Shown: in pieces, positions 15,841-26,369 of the stretch
Layout: every line of letters begins with the position of its first letter
Position numbering within the stretch: the first letter of the stretch is position 1
Source of the DNA: Thermoanaerobaculia bacterium
Lineage (GTDB): Bacteria; Acidobacteriota; Thermoanaerobaculia; UBA5066; Gp7-AA6
NCBI GenBank assembly: GCA_036397915.1
Contig: DASWIB010000072.1
Location: forward strand, 1-46,854
Length of the DNA stretch: 46,854 nt
Reading direction: 5' to 3'
Made by a program: the position numbers and the translations under genes
Notes under the pieces: model-generated
What the model saw: the letters and a program-made list of their open reading frames with translations, nothing else
Told to the model about the DNA's origin: nothing
The model's database searches: none

Positions 15841-16700
15841 TTACCGGATCCGCAGCGGCTCCTCCAGCGTGAACGCCACGGTGCGGCCGGCCTCGATCGT
15901 GAAGTCGAGGTCTCCCGTCGCCGCCGCGGCGCCCGTCCCGACCGCCGCGCCAGCGGCCGCGCCTTTCAGGGTCGACTCGGTGTCCTTGCCGAGCACCTGT
16001 CCGATGATCGCGCCGACCGCGGCGCCTCCGGCGATGTACTCGATGTTGCGCTTCGTGTGAGTCTTGCCGACCCGGTCGTACGTCGAGGTCTGGATGGGAA
16101 CCGTACCCGCGCGCGTCTCGAGATCCGTCAGCCGGAACTTGAGCTCCGCCGGGCGGGCCAGCTTGCCCGAATCCACCACGTGCTCGATCCTTCCGACGGC
16201 GCGGCTTCCGGATGCCGCGACGACGGTACCGTCGTCCGCCAGGACGTCGTCGAGGATCCGCCCCCGAACCGTGTCGCCGACGTTCGCGGTCGCCGTCGAG
16301 ATCGGTTCGTCGAACGCGACCCTCAGGATCGTGCCCGCCGGGACCTCTCTCGTCGAAGGTGACGCGGTGCTCTCCTGCGGCGCGGTGCGCTCCTCGGAGT
16401 CCTCCGGGCGACCCTCGCGGGGCGGACGCTCTTCGGATGTCCGGGATTGGCTGGCGGCGCGGCGCTTGGTCGCATTGCGCTGCGAAACGACGACCGGATC
16501 CGCCGTGATCACTGCGGTCTCGGCGGGCGGCGCGAGCTCCGCGGTGGTCGTCGTGGTCGTCGTGGTCGTGGTGATCGATCCCGCCGCAGGCGCCGTCGCC
16601 TCGGTCGTGGTTTCGGTTTTCTGACGACACGCGGCGGCACCGAGGACGAGGGCCCCGGTCAGAACCGCCAGCGAGAGAATTTCGAGCTTCCGGTTTTGCA
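15841..16700 (-). CDS. Hypothetical lipoprotein with poly-Thr linker, beta-rich central domain and C-terminal glycine-zipper
   Basis: I prefer the ATG at 16700 (GGGAGG about 10 nt upstream) over 16740. MQNRKLEILSLAVLTGALVLGAAAC is lipobox-like. Contains TTTTTTTTTT, then PAGTILRVAFDEPISTATANVGDTVRGRI..., then C-terminal GGAAVGAIIGQVLG...GAAAGAAVGTGAAAATG. Confidence 0.55.
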
Positions 16701-16838
16701 TGTTATGAGCACCTCCCTGCTCTCCGGGCTGATTCAGCAAGCGATGTGCCGGCGGCCACCCCCCGAGCCTCGCAGTTCAAGCTCTTGATTCCAAAGACGT
16801 TTACGGGCTAACCTCCCGTCCGATGTCCTCTTCCGGCG

Positions 16839-19067
16839 TCACCGCTTGGGGCCGCGGTGTCCCCTGTCCCGAGGCTCGCGGTTCGGGTGGCCGAAGTGGT
16901 CGCCTTCCCGCGGGCGCCGACCCTCGTTGGCACCGACCTCCTCGCCCGGTCCCACGGGCGCCATGGCCAGCTCGGCCTCGATCTCTTCCTTCGACAGCGC
17001 CTGCTTTCGGGAGAGCTTGATCTTTCCGGTCGGATCGACCGCGATGATCTTGACGGTGACCTCGTCGCCCTCTTTGACGACGTCGGTCGTCTGCCGCACA
17101 CGGTAGGGCGCGAGCTCGGAGATGTGGACCAGCCCGTCCTGCCCCGGAAGAATCTCGACGAACGCGCCGTACGGTTCCACGCGCCGGACCTTGCCGGTGT
17201 AGATCTTCCCGATCTCCGGCTCCTGCGTGAGTCCTTCGATGATCTGGATCGCGCGCAACGCCGCTGCCTCGTCGGACGAAGCGATCGACACTTTCCCCGA
17301 GTCCTCGACGTCGATCTTGCAGCCGGTCTCCTCGATGATCGAGCGGATCGTCTTCCCGCCCGAGCCGATCACGTCGCGGATTCGGTCCCTCGGGATCTGC
17401 ATCGTGAAGATGCGCGGCGCGTAGGGAGAGATGTTCGGCCGCGGCCGTTCGAGCGCGGTGGACATCTTCTCGAGCACGTGCAGTCTGCCGGCCCGTGCCT
17501 GCTCGAGCGCCTGCTCGAGGACGGCGCGCGGCAGCCCCTTGATCTTGACGTCCATCTGAAGGGCCGTGATCCCCTCGACCGATCCGGCGACCTTGAAATC
17601 CATGTCGCCGTAGTGGTCTTCCTGGCCGGCGATGTCGGTCAGGATGGCGTACCGGTCGCCTTCTCCGATCAGGCCCATCGCCACCCCGGCAATCGGCGCC
17701 TTGATCGGCACGCCGGCGTCCATGAGAGCGAGCGTTCCGCCGCACACCGTCGCCATCGACGACGAGCCGTTCGACTCGAGGATGTCGGATACGACGCGAA
17801 CCGTATAGGGGAAGGAATCCTCGCTCGGCAAGACGGTCGAAAGCGCGCGTCGCGCAAGGTTGCCGTGCCCGATGTCGCGGCGCGACGGCCCGCGGAGGAA
17901 CTTCGCCTCGCCGACGGAGAACGGCGGGAAGTTGTAGTGGAGCAGGAAGGTATGCTCGCTCTCGCCTTCGTACTCCTCGATGATCTGGGCATCGTCCGAC
18001 GTTCCGAGCGTCGCCGTGACGAGCGCCTGCGTTTCGCCGCGCGTGAATAGAGCGGAGCCGTGCGTGCGGGGGAGCAGACCGACCTCGCAGGAGATCGGCC
18101 GGACCTCGTCGAACGCCCGCCCGTCGAGCCTCTTCCTTTCGTTCAGGATGATCTCGCGCGTCAGGATCCTGACGAGGTCGTCCACCGCGCGGGCAGTCTG
18201 CTGGCGCCGCTCCACCTCGTCTTCGGGGATGACCGCGACCGCCGCCTTCTTGACCGCCTTGATTTCGGCGTACGAGACGATCTTCCCCGTCATCGTGAGA
18301 GCAGCCCGCATCGGCGCCTCCCACTGCTTCCGGACTTCGGCCAGCGCCTCGGACGAGTACGGCTCCGATGCCAGCCAGGCGGGCTTCTCGAAGCCGCCTT
18401 TCGCCTGCATCTGTCTCTGGGCGGCGACGATTCTTCGGATCGCTTCGTGTCCGAAGAGAATCGCGTCGAGCATCTTCCGCTCCGACACTTCACGCGCGCC
18501 GGCTTCGACCATGACGACGGCTTCCTCGGTTCCGGCCACCACGAGGTCGATCTCCGAGCGGTCGCGCTCGGCGTTCGCGGGGTTCAGGACGAATTGGCCG
18601 TCGATCGAGCCGACCCGCACGGCGCCGATCGGGTTGTAGAACGGGACGAGAGAGCAGGTCAGCGCAACGGACGCGGCGTTCAGGGCGAGGATGTCGGGAT
18701 CGTTCTGACCGTCGGCGGAGAGAACGAAGGCGATGACCTGCGTCTCGTGCGTAAAGCCCTTCGGGAAGAGCGGGCGCAGAGGCCGATCGATCAGACGCGA
18801 GGTCAGGATCTCTTTCTCGGTCGGCCGGCCTTCACGCTTGAACCAGCCGCCCGGGATGCGCCCGGCGGCGTACGTGTTCTCGCGGTAGTCGACCGTCAGG
18901 GGAAAGAAGTCGGCCGCCTCCTTGGGTTCCTTCGCAAAGACGGCGGTTGCCAGGACGACCGTGTCGCCGTACCGGACGACGGCGGCGCCGTCCGCCTGCC
19001 TGGCGATCTTTCCGATCTCGATTTCGAGAGACCGGGTTCCAACGGGGATCGAAGTCTTGTGGATCAT
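16839..19067 (-). CDS. pnp: Polyribonucleotide nucleotidyltransferase (PNPase)
   Basis: Two RNase PH domains (NGSSSMATVCGGTLALMDAGVP), then KH, then S1 (GKVRRVEPYGAFVEI). Start taken at MIHKTSIPVG (ATG 19067, AAGGAAG upstream). The track start at 19106 is also possible. Confidence 0.95.
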   Translation of the reverse strand: MIHKTSIPVGTRSLEIEIGKIARQADGAAVVRYGDTVVLATAVFAKEPKEAADFFPLTVDYRENTYAAGRIPGGWFKREGRPTEKEILTSRLIDRPLRPLFPKGFTHETQVIAFVLSADGQNDPDILALNAASVALTCSLVPFYNPIGAVRVGSIDGQFVLNPANAERDRSEIDLVVAGTEEAVVMVEAGAREVSERKMLDAILFGHEAIRRIVAAQRQMQAKGGFEKPAWLASEPYSSEALAEVRKQWEAPMRAALTMTGKIVSYAEIKAVKKAAVAVIPEDEVERRQQTARAVDDLVRILTREIILNERKRLDGRAFDEVRPISCEVGLLPRTHGSALFTRGETQALVTATLGTSDDAQIIEEYEGESEHTFLLHYNFPPFSVGEAKFLRGPSRRDIGHGNLARRALSTVLPSEDSFPYTVRVVSDILESNGSSSMATVCGGTLALMDAGVPIKAPIAGVAMGLIGEGDRYAILTDIAGQEDHYGDMDFKVAGSVEGITALQMDVKIKGLPRAVLEQALEQARAGRLHVLEKMSTALERPRPNISPYAPRIFTMQIPRDRIRDVIGSGGKTIRSIIEETGCKIDVEDSGKVSIASSDEAAALRAIQIIEGLTQEPEIGKIYTGKVRRVEPYGAFVEILPGQDGLVHISELAPYRVRQTTDVVKEGDEVTVKIIAVDPTGKIKLSRKQALSKEEIEAELAMAPVGPGEEVGANEGRRPREGDHFGHPNREPRDRGHRGPKR

Positions 19068-19120
19068 GGTTCTTCCTTTTATGGTCTCGAGGACCGCCGG
19101 GGCCACGGATCGGATCGTGG

Positions 19121-19142
19121 GACGCCGCGCTGCCGCGGCGTC
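19121..19142 (-). promoter_or_regulatory. rpsO-pnp intergenic stem-loop (rpsO terminator / pnp leader processing hairpin candidate)
   Basis: gacgccgcg-ctgc-cgcggcgtc: perfect 9-bp GC stem between the rpsO stop and the pnp start, with no U tract. Confidence 0.5.
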
Positions 19143-19180
19143 TCGGAGGCAGAGCGGGACGGGGCCGACCGGCGGCGGAG

Positions 19181-19456
19181 CTACTTCCGGATGCCGAGGC
19201 GCTCGATCAGTCGGTGGTAGCGCGCCGTGTCTTCGACTTTCAAGTAGTCGAGCAGGCGCCGGCGGCGCCCGACGAGCTTCAAGAGACCGCGGCGGGAGTG
19301 ATGGTCCTTCGCGTTCGTCTTGAAGTGCTCCGTCAGGTAGACGATCCGATTCGTCAGCAGTGCGACCTGCACTTCGGGCGAGCCGGTGTCGGTGTCGTGG
19401 GTCCGATACTGCCGAACGATGTTCGGCTTTTCGGTTCGATGCTCCGTGACGTTCAC
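19181..19456 (-). CDS. rpsO: 30S ribosomal protein S15
   Basis: 91 aa. [20 protein letters not shown]...[22 protein letters not shown]. Confidence 0.95.
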   Translation of the reverse strand: MNVTEHRTEKPNIVRQYRTHDTDTGSPEVQVALLTNRIVYLTEHFKTNAKDHHSRRGLLKLVGRRRRLLDYLKVEDTARYHRLIERLGIRK

Positions 19457-19513
19457 TTCTCCTCCAACTCTGTTCTCACTACTTTTTTCTCAATCGGACA
19501 GCCTACCACAAAC

Positions 19514-19548
19514 CTCTTAGCCGTTTGCTCTTAGCTGTTAGCCACGAG
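19514..19548. repeat. Tandem heptanucleotide array CNNTTAG-like x5
   Basis: ctcttag ccgtttg ctcttag ctgttag ccacgag, downstream of truB and upstream of rpsO. Confidence 0.75.
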
Positions 19549-19599
19549 GGTATCCGAGTATTTGTCGGCGGGGGACCTTGCGGTCCCCGCACCCCCTGG
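19548..19599. repeat. Family-A REP-like element, copy 8
   Basis: gggtatccgagtatttgtcggcgggggaccttgcggtccccgcaccccctgg, inside the truB-rpsO spacer. Confidence 0.85.
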
Positions 19600-19627
19600 A
19601 GCCTCGGCAGGTCCGGCTGGGAGCTGA

Positions 19628-20557
19628 CTATTCCGCAAGTACCAGCTTCGGACGGATCAGAGCCACTCCCCGCGTACCGATCGGCGTGACCTGGCCGAGC
19701 GCGACCATCTCTTCCGAGGGGCCGACGAGTGCGACCCAGTCGCCCTCCTTCGAGGCGACGCCGCGCGCCGGGATCGGCTGACCTTTTCGAATTTTCCAGG
19801 TCTCGAGCGACGCCAGGCGCACGCGCTCGAAGGGAAACTGGACGCGGGAAAGCGGAACGGCATGCGGCGGCTCGAGCCGTTCGGCGGCAATCATGGCCTC
19901 GAACCGCTCGAGCGCGACGGCGTCCCGGACGTGGAACTCTCCGATGCGGGTGCGGCGGAGCGACTCCAGATGTGCGCCGCAGCCGAGCGTTTCACCGAGC
20001 TCGCTGGCGATCGAGCGGATGTAGGTGCCCGACGTACAGGAGATCGAGAAGGGGAGCCTTCCGTCGGTGAGCTCGCCGAATCGGAGCTCGTTGACCCGCA
20101 CCTTCTTCGGCGCCGCGGGAACGCTCTCGCCCTTGCGCGCCATCTCGTAGAACTTGCGGCCTCCGACCTTTTTCGCCGAGTAAGGGGGCGGCGACTGAAG
20201 GAACTCGCCGCGAAAAGCGTCCGCCACAGCGTCGATCTCTTGTCGCCGAATCCCCGCGACGTCCCGCTCCGGGCCCACCGCCTCTCCCTCGCGGTCATAC
20301 GTCGTCGTGGCCCGGCCGAGCCGGATGACGCCGTCGTACGACTTGTCCATCAACGTGAAGAATCCCTGGAGCCGCGCCGCCTCGCCCGCGCAGAGGAGCA
20401 GGAGTCCCGTCGCCGTCGGATCGAGCGTCCCGCTGTGCCCGATCCTCGCGAGGCCGACGGATTTGCGCACCCGCTCGACGACATCGTGGGATGTCAGCCC
20501 CGCCGGCTTGTCGAGAAGGAAGAGAACGCCGCGGCGGAACGGATCGGTCGCTTTCAC
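19628..20557 (-). CDS. truB: tRNA pseudouridine(55) synthase
   Basis: 309 aa. GHSGTLDPTATGLLL, PUA-like C-terminus. 4-nt overlap with rbfA. Confidence 0.95.
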   Translation of the reverse strand: MKATDPFRRGVLFLLDKPAGLTSHDVVERVRKSVGLARIGHSGTLDPTATGLLLLCAGEAARLQGFFTLMDKSYDGVIRLGRATTTYDREGEAVGPERDVAGIRRQEIDAVADAFRGEFLQSPPPYSAKKVGGRKFYEMARKGESVPAAPKKVRVNELRFGELTDGRLPFSISCTSGTYIRSIASELGETLGCGAHLESLRRTRIGEFHVRDAVALERFEAMIAAERLEPPHAVPLSRVQFPFERVRLASLETWKIRKGQPIPARGVASKEGDWVALVGPSEEMVALGQVTPIGTRGVALIRPKLVLAE

Positions 20558-20919
20558 GACTCCTCTTCGGCCTCGGGGAGAACCTGAGACAGCAGCTCCT
20601 CGATGCGCGCGGCCCGCTCGTAGGATCGATCCGGCTGAAAAGAGAGCTCCGGCGCGTAGCGCAGGCCGCAGCGCCGCCCGACTTCGCGGCGCAGGTAACC
20701 GGCCGCCCGCGCCAGTCCTTCGCCCGCCCGCACGAGGTCGGCCTCGCCGCCGTGCGTCGTGAAGTACACGCGCGCGGACCTCAAATCCGGCGGCATCTGG
20801 ACGTCGGTGATCGTGACGGACTTCACGTCCGGATCGTGCGCCTCGACGAGCAGGAGGTTGGAGATCTCCGCCCGCACGAGGTCGGCGACGCGCTGGCTGC
20901 GGCGGGATTCCTTCTTCAT
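20554..20919 (-). CDS. rbfA: Ribosome-binding factor A
   Basis: 121 aa. RVADLVRAEISNLL...VTITDVQMPPDLRSARVYF. Confidence 0.9.
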   Translation of the reverse strand: MKKESRRSQRVADLVRAEISNLLLVEAHDPDVKSVTITDVQMPPDLRSARVYFTTHGGEADLVRAGEGLARAAGYLRREVGRRCGLRYAPELSFQPDRSYERAARIEELLSQVLPEAEEES

Positions 20920-20934
20920 TTTCGGCCCGCTCCT

Positions 20935-21093
20935 GTCATTCCGAGGGCCGCAGGCCCGAGGAATCCGCTGTCCTGAGGAGCGTAGCGACGAAGGATCTCT
21001 CCCTGTCGAGCAGGAGATCGCTCAGAGCCTGCCCTGAACGGAGTGACGGGACGACAGCTCCGCTGTCGGATCCCTCGCTTCGCTCGGGATGAC
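20935..21093. repeat. Family-B module cluster B3 (inside the nusA-infB-pnp gene block)
   Basis: gtcattccgagggccgcaggcccgaggaatcc / gtcctgaggagcgtagcgacgaaggatc / gctcagagcctgccctgaacggagtga / ggatccctcgcttcgctcgggatgac. Confidence 0.85.
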
Positions 21094-21104
21094 AGTGGGA
21101 ACGC

Positions 21105-21392
21105 CTACACGTGAATGAACTCATTTCGGTAGTTCAGCAGCTCCCCGTCGAGATTCTGCTCCACGAAGTGCAGGATGTTCTGCAGCAGCGTGTCGAGCGG
21201 GATCTGGTCCGGTCCGATCGCCGCGATCCCGAGCTCGGCGCGCTGCAGGAGATCCTGCGCCCCGACCTCGGCCGCCGAAACTTCGAACTCGTTGCGCAGC
21301 CGTGCCTTGAGCGATCGGACGATCATCCGCTTTTCCTTCAGCCCGCGACAGCCGGGCAGATGGAGATCGAAGACCGCATAGGCGACGACCAT
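21105..21392 (-). CDS. DUF503 family protein (YlxP-like)
   Basis: MVVAYAVFDLHLPGCRGLKEKRMIVRSLKARLRNEF... ATG at 21392 preferred; the track uses TTG at 21407. Conserved position between infB and rbfA. Confidence 0.8.
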   Translation of the reverse strand: MVVAYAVFDLHLPGCRGLKEKRMIVRSLKARLRNEFEVSAAEVGAQDLLQRAELGIAAIGPDQIPLDTLLQNILHFVEQNLDGELLNYRNEFIHV

Positions 21393-21397
21393 AGTGC

Positions 21398-21481
21398 GTG
21401 AACGCAAAACGTGAAACGTAAAAAGAGGAGCGCGAAACGGACTGCCGGCTTCGATTAACGTTTAACGTTCCACGTTCGACG
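21398..21481. repeat. Inverted pair of heptanucleotide arrays (NNNAACG / CGTTNNN)
   Basis: Left: gtgaacg caaaacg tgaaacg taaaaag. Right: attaacg tttaacg ttccacg ttcgacg. The arms are imperfectly complementary. Lies just downstream of the infB stop. Confidence 0.7.
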
Positions 21482-21485
21482 ATCC

Positions 21486-24281
21486 TCAGGCTTCCATGGC
21501 CCCGGCGACCTTCTCGACCTGGTAGGCCTCGATGACGTCGCCGACTTTGACGTCCTGATAACGCTCGAGTCCGATACCGCACTCGAAGCCCTGCTTCACC
21601 TCCGAGACGTCGTCCTTGAACCGGCGGAGAGAGGCGACCTTTCCGTCGTACACGACGCGGTTGTCGCGCAGCAGCCGGACCTGCGAGTTGCGGCCGATCG
21701 AGCCATCTGTCACGTAGCAACCCGCGACCACGCCGAACTTCGGAACCCGGAAGGTGTCGCGCACTTCGGCGCGTCCTCGCCCCACTTCCTTCAGCGTGGG
21801 CTCGAGCAGACCTTCCATCGCCTTACGGATCTCATCGGTGACGTTGTAGATGACGGTGTGGAGCCGGATCTCGACGCCGCTCTTGTCGGCCTCCGACTCG
21901 GCCTTCTTCTCGGGCCGGACGTTGAAGCCCACGATGATCGCGCCGGAGGCGGAGGCGAGCAGGACGTCGTTGATGTTGATCGCGCCGACCCCCACGTGGA
22001 GGAGGGAAATCTTGACCTTCTCGTTCGACAGGTTCTTGAGCGCCTGAGAAAGCACCTCCGCCGACCCGGCGACGTCCGCCTTGACGATCAGCGGCAGCTC
22101 CTTGATGCGCCCTTCCTGGATCTTGTTGAAGAGTTGCTCGAGTGACAGGTTCTGGCCTGCGGCCATCGCCTTCTCGCGCTCGCGCAGCTGCCGGAATGAG
22201 GCGACCGAGCGGGCCTTCGCCTCGTCGGGGACCACCTGGAACGCGTCGCCGGCCTGAGGGAGTTCTTCGAATCCAGTCACCTCCACCGGTGTCGTGGGGC
22301 CGGCTTCGGGCAGACGCGCTCCGCGGTCATCGGTCATGGAACGGACGCGTCCGAAGACGGAGCCCGCGAAGAAGACGTCCCCGACTCGGAGCGTACCGGA
22401 CTGAACGAGAACCGTTGCGACGTTGCCTCGTCCCGCTTCCCGGCGCGCTTCGAGCACGACTCCGCGCGCCTCCTCGGCGACCGGCGCGGTCAGCTCCTGG
22501 AGGTCCGCGACGATCAGGAGCAGCTCGAGCAGCTGTTCGATCCCCTGTTTCTTCACCGCCGAGATCTCGGCGGAAGGCACGTCGCCTCCCCAAGCCTCGA
22601 GCAGCACGCCGTGATCGGCCAGCTCCTTGCGGACCCGGTCCGGGTTGGCGTTGGGTTTGTCGATCTTGTTGATGGCCACGACGATCGGAACCTTGGCGGC
22701 CCGCGCATGATCGATCGCCTCGACCGTCTGCGGCATCACTCCGTCGTCCGCGGCGACGACGAGCACGACGATGTCGGTCGCCTTCGCGCCGCGCGCGCGC
22801 ATCGAGGTGAACGCCTCGTGTCCCGGCGTGTCGAGGAACACGATCGGCCGTCCATGCACCTCGGCCCGGTAGGCGCCGATGTGCTGGGTGATCCCGCCGG
22901 CCTCTCCCTCGGCGACCTTCGTTTGCCGGATCGCGTCCAGAAGTGACGTTTTTCCGTGGTCGACGTGTCCCATCACGGTCACGACGGGAGCGCGGGGGAC
23001 GCGCGCGACCGGCGCCGTCGCCCGGGCTTCCGCGCCTTCCGGTGCGCTTCTCGTGAGCTCGAGCTCCTCTTCGAAGGAGACGACGGCCGCCTCGACGCCG
23101 ACCTCCTTCGCGATCTGGATCGCTGTCGGGGCGTCGAGCGTCTGGTTGACGGTCGCGAGAATTCCCCTCGACATCAGGAGACGCTGGATGTCTTTCGCGA
23201 GGACGCCGAGCTTCTCCGACAGCTCCTTGACGGTCACGCCTTCCGAGAGGAATATCGGACCGGTCGGCATCGGCTTCTTGAACTCGAGGAGCTTGCCCGA
23301 GTCGTGCGCCCGCGTGGACTTCGCGGCGCGGCGCATCGCCGATTTCGACACCGGCTTCGGTTCGAACGGCACCGCCGCTTCGGCCTCGACTCCTTCGCCC
23401 TTCTCGATCAGCGGCAGAGAGATGTCCGAGTACGTGTCCTCTTCGTACGCGCCGACGAACTCGCGCAGGTCGACTTCGTCTGCCACGGTTATCTTCGGCT
23501 TCGCGCCGCGCTTCGCGGCAGGCTTCTTGGTGTCTTTCTCGTCCTCTTTCTTGCGCTTGGCGCCTCCACGGTCCACGGCAGGCGGCGGAGCGGCTGCCCG
23601 CCCGGGTCCTGCGGGCCGTCCGAGCGGACCGGGACGAGCCGCTGCGGGACCGCCAGGTCGAGGTGGAATTCCCGCCGACCGCATGCCCGGGCCGCCCGGT
23701 GTCGGGCGATATACCGAAGGTCCGGGGCGTCCCGAGGGACCGGCCGCGGGCCCCATCGGGCGACCCGGGCCCGTCGGTCTCGGCGCGCCCGCGCGAGCCA
23801 TTCCTGCCGGGGCAGCGGGAGCCATGGGACGGCCCGGCGCCGGACGGGGCGACGGGAGGGCGATCTTTCGCGGGAGAGTCGGCTTTGGCGGTACCGGCTC
23901 CGCCTCGGGCTCCGAGGGGACGACGGCGGTCCTCGCCGGCTCTGCCGGTTTCGCCTTCGGCTCGGCGGCGGCGACCGGAGCCGGACGGACGGGCGGCGGC
24001 TCGGGCTCCGGCTCGGTATGGGCGGGCGCGACCGTCTTCTCGACGATCTTGATTCGCGAGAGCGCGCTCTTCTGCGGGCGGAACGCCTTCGACTCGGTGT
24101 CGCGGACGATCAGTTGTTTGGGGGCGTGCGTCTTGCCCTGCAGGATCGCGAGGACCGTCGCCTCGTCGAGCGCCGCCTGCGGCGACTTGACGTCCACGCC
24201 AATCGACTGGAGGAGGAAGAGAACTTCCTTGCTCCCGACCCCCATTTGCTCCGCCAGCTCTTCGACCCGGATCTTTGCCAT
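21486..24281 (-). CDS. infB: Translation initiation factor IF-2
   Basis: 931 aa. Pro/Ala/Gly-rich N-terminal region. G domain [29 protein letters not shown]. Confidence 0.97.
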   Translation of the reverse strand: MAKIRVEELAEQMGVGSKEVLFLLQSIGVDVKSPQAALDEATVLAILQGKTHAPKQLIVRDTESKAFRPQKSALSRIKIVEKTVAPAHTEPEPEPPPVRPAPVAAAEPKAKPAEPARTAVVPSEPEAEPVPPKPTLPRKIALPSPRPAPGRPMAPAAPAGMARAGAPRPTGPGRPMGPAAGPSGRPGPSVYRPTPGGPGMRSAGIPPRPGGPAAARPGPLGRPAGPGRAAAPPPAVDRGGAKRKKEDEKDTKKPAAKRGAKPKITVADEVDLREFVGAYEEDTYSDISLPLIEKGEGVEAEAAVPFEPKPVSKSAMRRAAKSTRAHDSGKLLEFKKPMPTGPIFLSEGVTVKELSEKLGVLAKDIQRLLMSRGILATVNQTLDAPTAIQIAKEVGVEAAVVSFEEELELTRSAPEGAEARATAPVARVPRAPVVTVMGHVDHGKTSLLDAIRQTKVAEGEAGGITQHIGAYRAEVHGRPIVFLDTPGHEAFTSMRARGAKATDIVVLVVAADDGVMPQTVEAIDHARAAKVPIVVAINKIDKPNANPDRVRKELADHGVLLEAWGGDVPSAEISAVKKQGIEQLLELLLIVADLQELTAPVAEEARGVVLEARREAGRGNVATVLVQSGTLRVGDVFFAGSVFGRVRSMTDDRGARLPEAGPTTPVEVTGFEELPQAGDAFQVVPDEAKARSVASFRQLREREKAMAAGQNLSLEQLFNKIQEGRIKELPLIVKADVAGSAEVLSQALKNLSNEKVKISLLHVGVGAININDVLLASASGAIIVGFNVRPEKKAESEADKSGVEIRLHTVIYNVTDEIRKAMEGLLEPTLKEVGRGRAEVRDTFRVPKFGVVAGCYVTDGSIGRNSQVRLLRDNRVVYDGKVASLRRFKDDVSEVKQGFECGIGLERYQDVKVGDVIEAYQVEKVAGAMEA

Positions 24282-24290
24282 TACTCTGGA

Positions 24291-25799
24291 CTACTCCTGA
24301 ACGATCGTCTCTTCTGCCGGCTGGGACGGCTCGCCCTCGTCCGCGGCGGGAACTTCCTCCGCTTCATCGAAGATTGCGCCCTCTTCCTCCCCGGGAACCT
24401 CACCCTCTTCGTCGGTCTCCTCTTCCACCGGCTGCGGATTCCGGATTGCATCTTCCGCGGCGCGCGCGAGCTCCAACAGCTTCTCGGCCGTCGTCTCACC
24501 GATTCCGGGGATCTCCGCGAGATCCGACGCGCTCTTATCGAGCAGATCGGCGAGCGAGCCGACTCCGGCTTCCGTCAGCTTCTCGGCGGTCTTCTCGCCG
24601 ATCCCGGGGATCTCGGTGACCGCGGTCTGGCGGAGACGCGACGTCTGGAGCATGCGCGTCAGAGCCTCGGCAACCTCCCCCTTGACCTCCGTCTCACCCT
24701 TGATCTCGATCTTCATCCCGATGAGTGCGGAAGCGAGCCGCACGTTCTGCCCCTTCTTTCCGATCGCGAGCGAGAGTTGATCGTCCTCGACGACGCAGTC
24801 GAGGCTCATGGCTCCGTCGTCATGGTGAATCGGGGAAACGCGCGTGATCTTCGCCGGCGCGAGCGCATTTTGCGCGAACGTGATCAGGTCGTCGGAGTAG
24901 AGGATCACGTCGATTTTCTCTCCATGCAGCTCGCGCATGATCGACTGGACGCGGCTTCCCCGCATCCCCACGCAGGCGCCGACGGGATCGACATCTCTCT
25001 CCCGCGACCGTACGGCGACTTTCGCGCGCTCGCCCGGCTGCCGGACGGCGCCCTTGATCACGACCGTGCCGTCGTAGATCTCCGGCACTTCCATCTCGAA
25101 CAGACGGATCAAGAGCCTGGGATCGGTCCGCGAAAGCACGAGCTGCGGGCCCTTCGGGTTCCTGTGCACGTCGTAGAGGATCGAGCGGATCCGTTCCCCC
25201 TGTCCGTAGCGTTCGGCGCGGGACTGCTGGTCTCGGGGGATGATCGCCTCGGTGCGGCCCAGGTCGACGATCATGTCGCCGCGCTCGAAGCGCTTGACGG
25301 TGCCGCTCATCAACTCACCGATCTTCGGGAAGTACTCGTTGTAGATGTTGTCGCGCTCCGCCTCACGGACCTTCTGGTAAAGGACCTGCTTTGCGGTCTG
25401 GGCCGCAATGCGACCGAGGCCGATCGTCTCGCGGTAGACGCGGACTTCGTCACCCAGCCGGACGTCGTCGACTTCCGTCGGTGGCTCGCCCTCGGCTCCC
25501 GGACGCAGCACCCGAACCTCGCCGCGCGTCCCCTGCTTTTTCACGAGGTCCTGCGCTTCGTCGAGCAGGATCTGCGGCGGCGGTTCCTCCGATTCCGTGT
25601 CGAGCTCTTCGACGACCGTCCGCGGCGAATACACCGTCATCGCGCCGGTCTGCCGGTCGATCAAGGTCACCATTGCTCGTTCGTGGTAGAACTTTCTCGC
25701 GGCCGAGGACATGGCTTCCTCGAGCGCGCCGAACATCTTCTCGGCGTCGATGTCTTTTTCCCGCGAGACCTGTCGGATCACCGACGGATCGACGTTCAT
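24291..25799 (-). CDS. nusA: Transcription termination/antitermination factor NusA
   Basis: Start taken at [18 protein letters not shown] (ATG 25799). The 34-codon track extension overlaps rimP. S1, KH1/KH2 and a C-terminal HhH repeat with acidic tail. Confidence 0.95.
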   Translation of the reverse strand: MNVDPSVIRQVSREKDIDAEKMFGALEEAMSSAARKFYHERAMVTLIDRQTGAMTVYSPRTVVEELDTESEEPPPQILLDEAQDLVKKQGTRGEVRVLRPGAEGEPPTEVDDVRLGDEVRVYRETIGLGRIAAQTAKQVLYQKVREAERDNIYNEYFPKIGELMSGTVKRFERGDMIVDLGRTEAIIPRDQQSRAERYGQGERIRSILYDVHRNPKGPQLVLSRTDPRLLIRLFEMEVPEIYDGTVVIKGAVRQPGERAKVAVRSRERDVDPVGACVGMRGSRVQSIMRELHGEKIDVILYSDDLITFAQNALAPAKITRVSPIHHDDGAMSLDCVVEDDQLSLAIGKKGQNVRLASALIGMKIEIKGETEVKGEVAEALTRMLQTSRLRQTAVTEIPGIGEKTAEKLTEAGVGSLADLLDKSASDLAEIPGIGETTAEKLLELARAAEDAIRNPQPVEEETDEEGEVPGEEEGAIFDEAEEVPAADEGEPSQPAEETIVQE

Positions 25800-25809
25800 C
25801 GGACCGTTC

Positions 25810-26328
25810 CTAGCCGCGGCGCTCCGGCCACTCGAATTCCAATCGTGCCAGCCGAATATCGCCGAAACAGACATTATAGGTTTTGCGATTCTCCTCATCA
25901 ACGACGCGGAGCACGTCTCCTTGCACGCTCTCGAGAGTTCCGCGCAGGTTGCGGCTCCCGGCGCCTCCCGGTCCTGAGGGCTCCGTGGACTCCGGCAGGA
26001 CCGCTGAACCCGTCTTCACCCGGACGCGGCGGCCGACGAATCGGCGCGCCTCCTCGACGGAGTAGAGCTTCCGCTCGAGACCCGCGGACGAGACTTCGAG
26101 CGCGTAGGTGTGAGAGATCTCATCGGACGCGTCGAGCAAGGTGGACACCTCGCGCGAAACTGCCTCGCATTCTTCGACCGTTACCGGGCTCCCGTCCTCG
26201 CGCTCGAGCACGGCCCGGAGCACGCTACTGCGCCCGCTGCCGGAAGGCTCGATCGCGAGCAGACGGCAGCCCTTCTCGCGGGCGATCGCCCGGATCTCCT
26301 CGGTCGTCTCGTCTCGGAGCAGCTTCAT
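25810..26328 (-). CDS. rimP: Ribosome maturation factor RimP
   Basis: 172 aa. YALEVSSAGLERKL, conserved position upstream of nusA. Confidence 0.9.
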   Translation of the reverse strand: MKLLRDETTEEIRAIAREKGCRLLAIEPSGSGRSSVLRAVLEREDGSPVTVEECEAVSREVSTLLDASDEISHTYALEVSSAGLERKLYSVEEARRFVGRRVRVKTGSAVLPESTEPSGPGGAGSRNLRGTLESVQGDVLRVVDEENRKTYNVCFGDIRLARLEFEWPERRG

Positions 26329-26347
26329 GCATCAACTCGTCAGGAAC

Positions 26348-26369
26348 AAAAAAGCGGGCCTGCGCCCGC
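26348..26369 (-). terminator. Intrinsic terminator/attenuator in the rimP-nusA leader
   Basis: Minus strand reads gcgggc-gcag-gcccgc followed by uuuuuu, ending 19 nt before the rimP ATG. Confidence 0.6.

Noticed and set aside
24291-25901. N-terminal extensions of track ORFs: nusA to 25901, pnp to 19106, pheT to 41825, LOG to 31934, CoA-binding protein to 27389, lipoprotein to 16740.
   Set aside because: The extensions overlap the preceding gene or lack homology-like sequence. Internal ATG or GTG codons give family-typical N-termini, often with ATGA/GTGA coupling.
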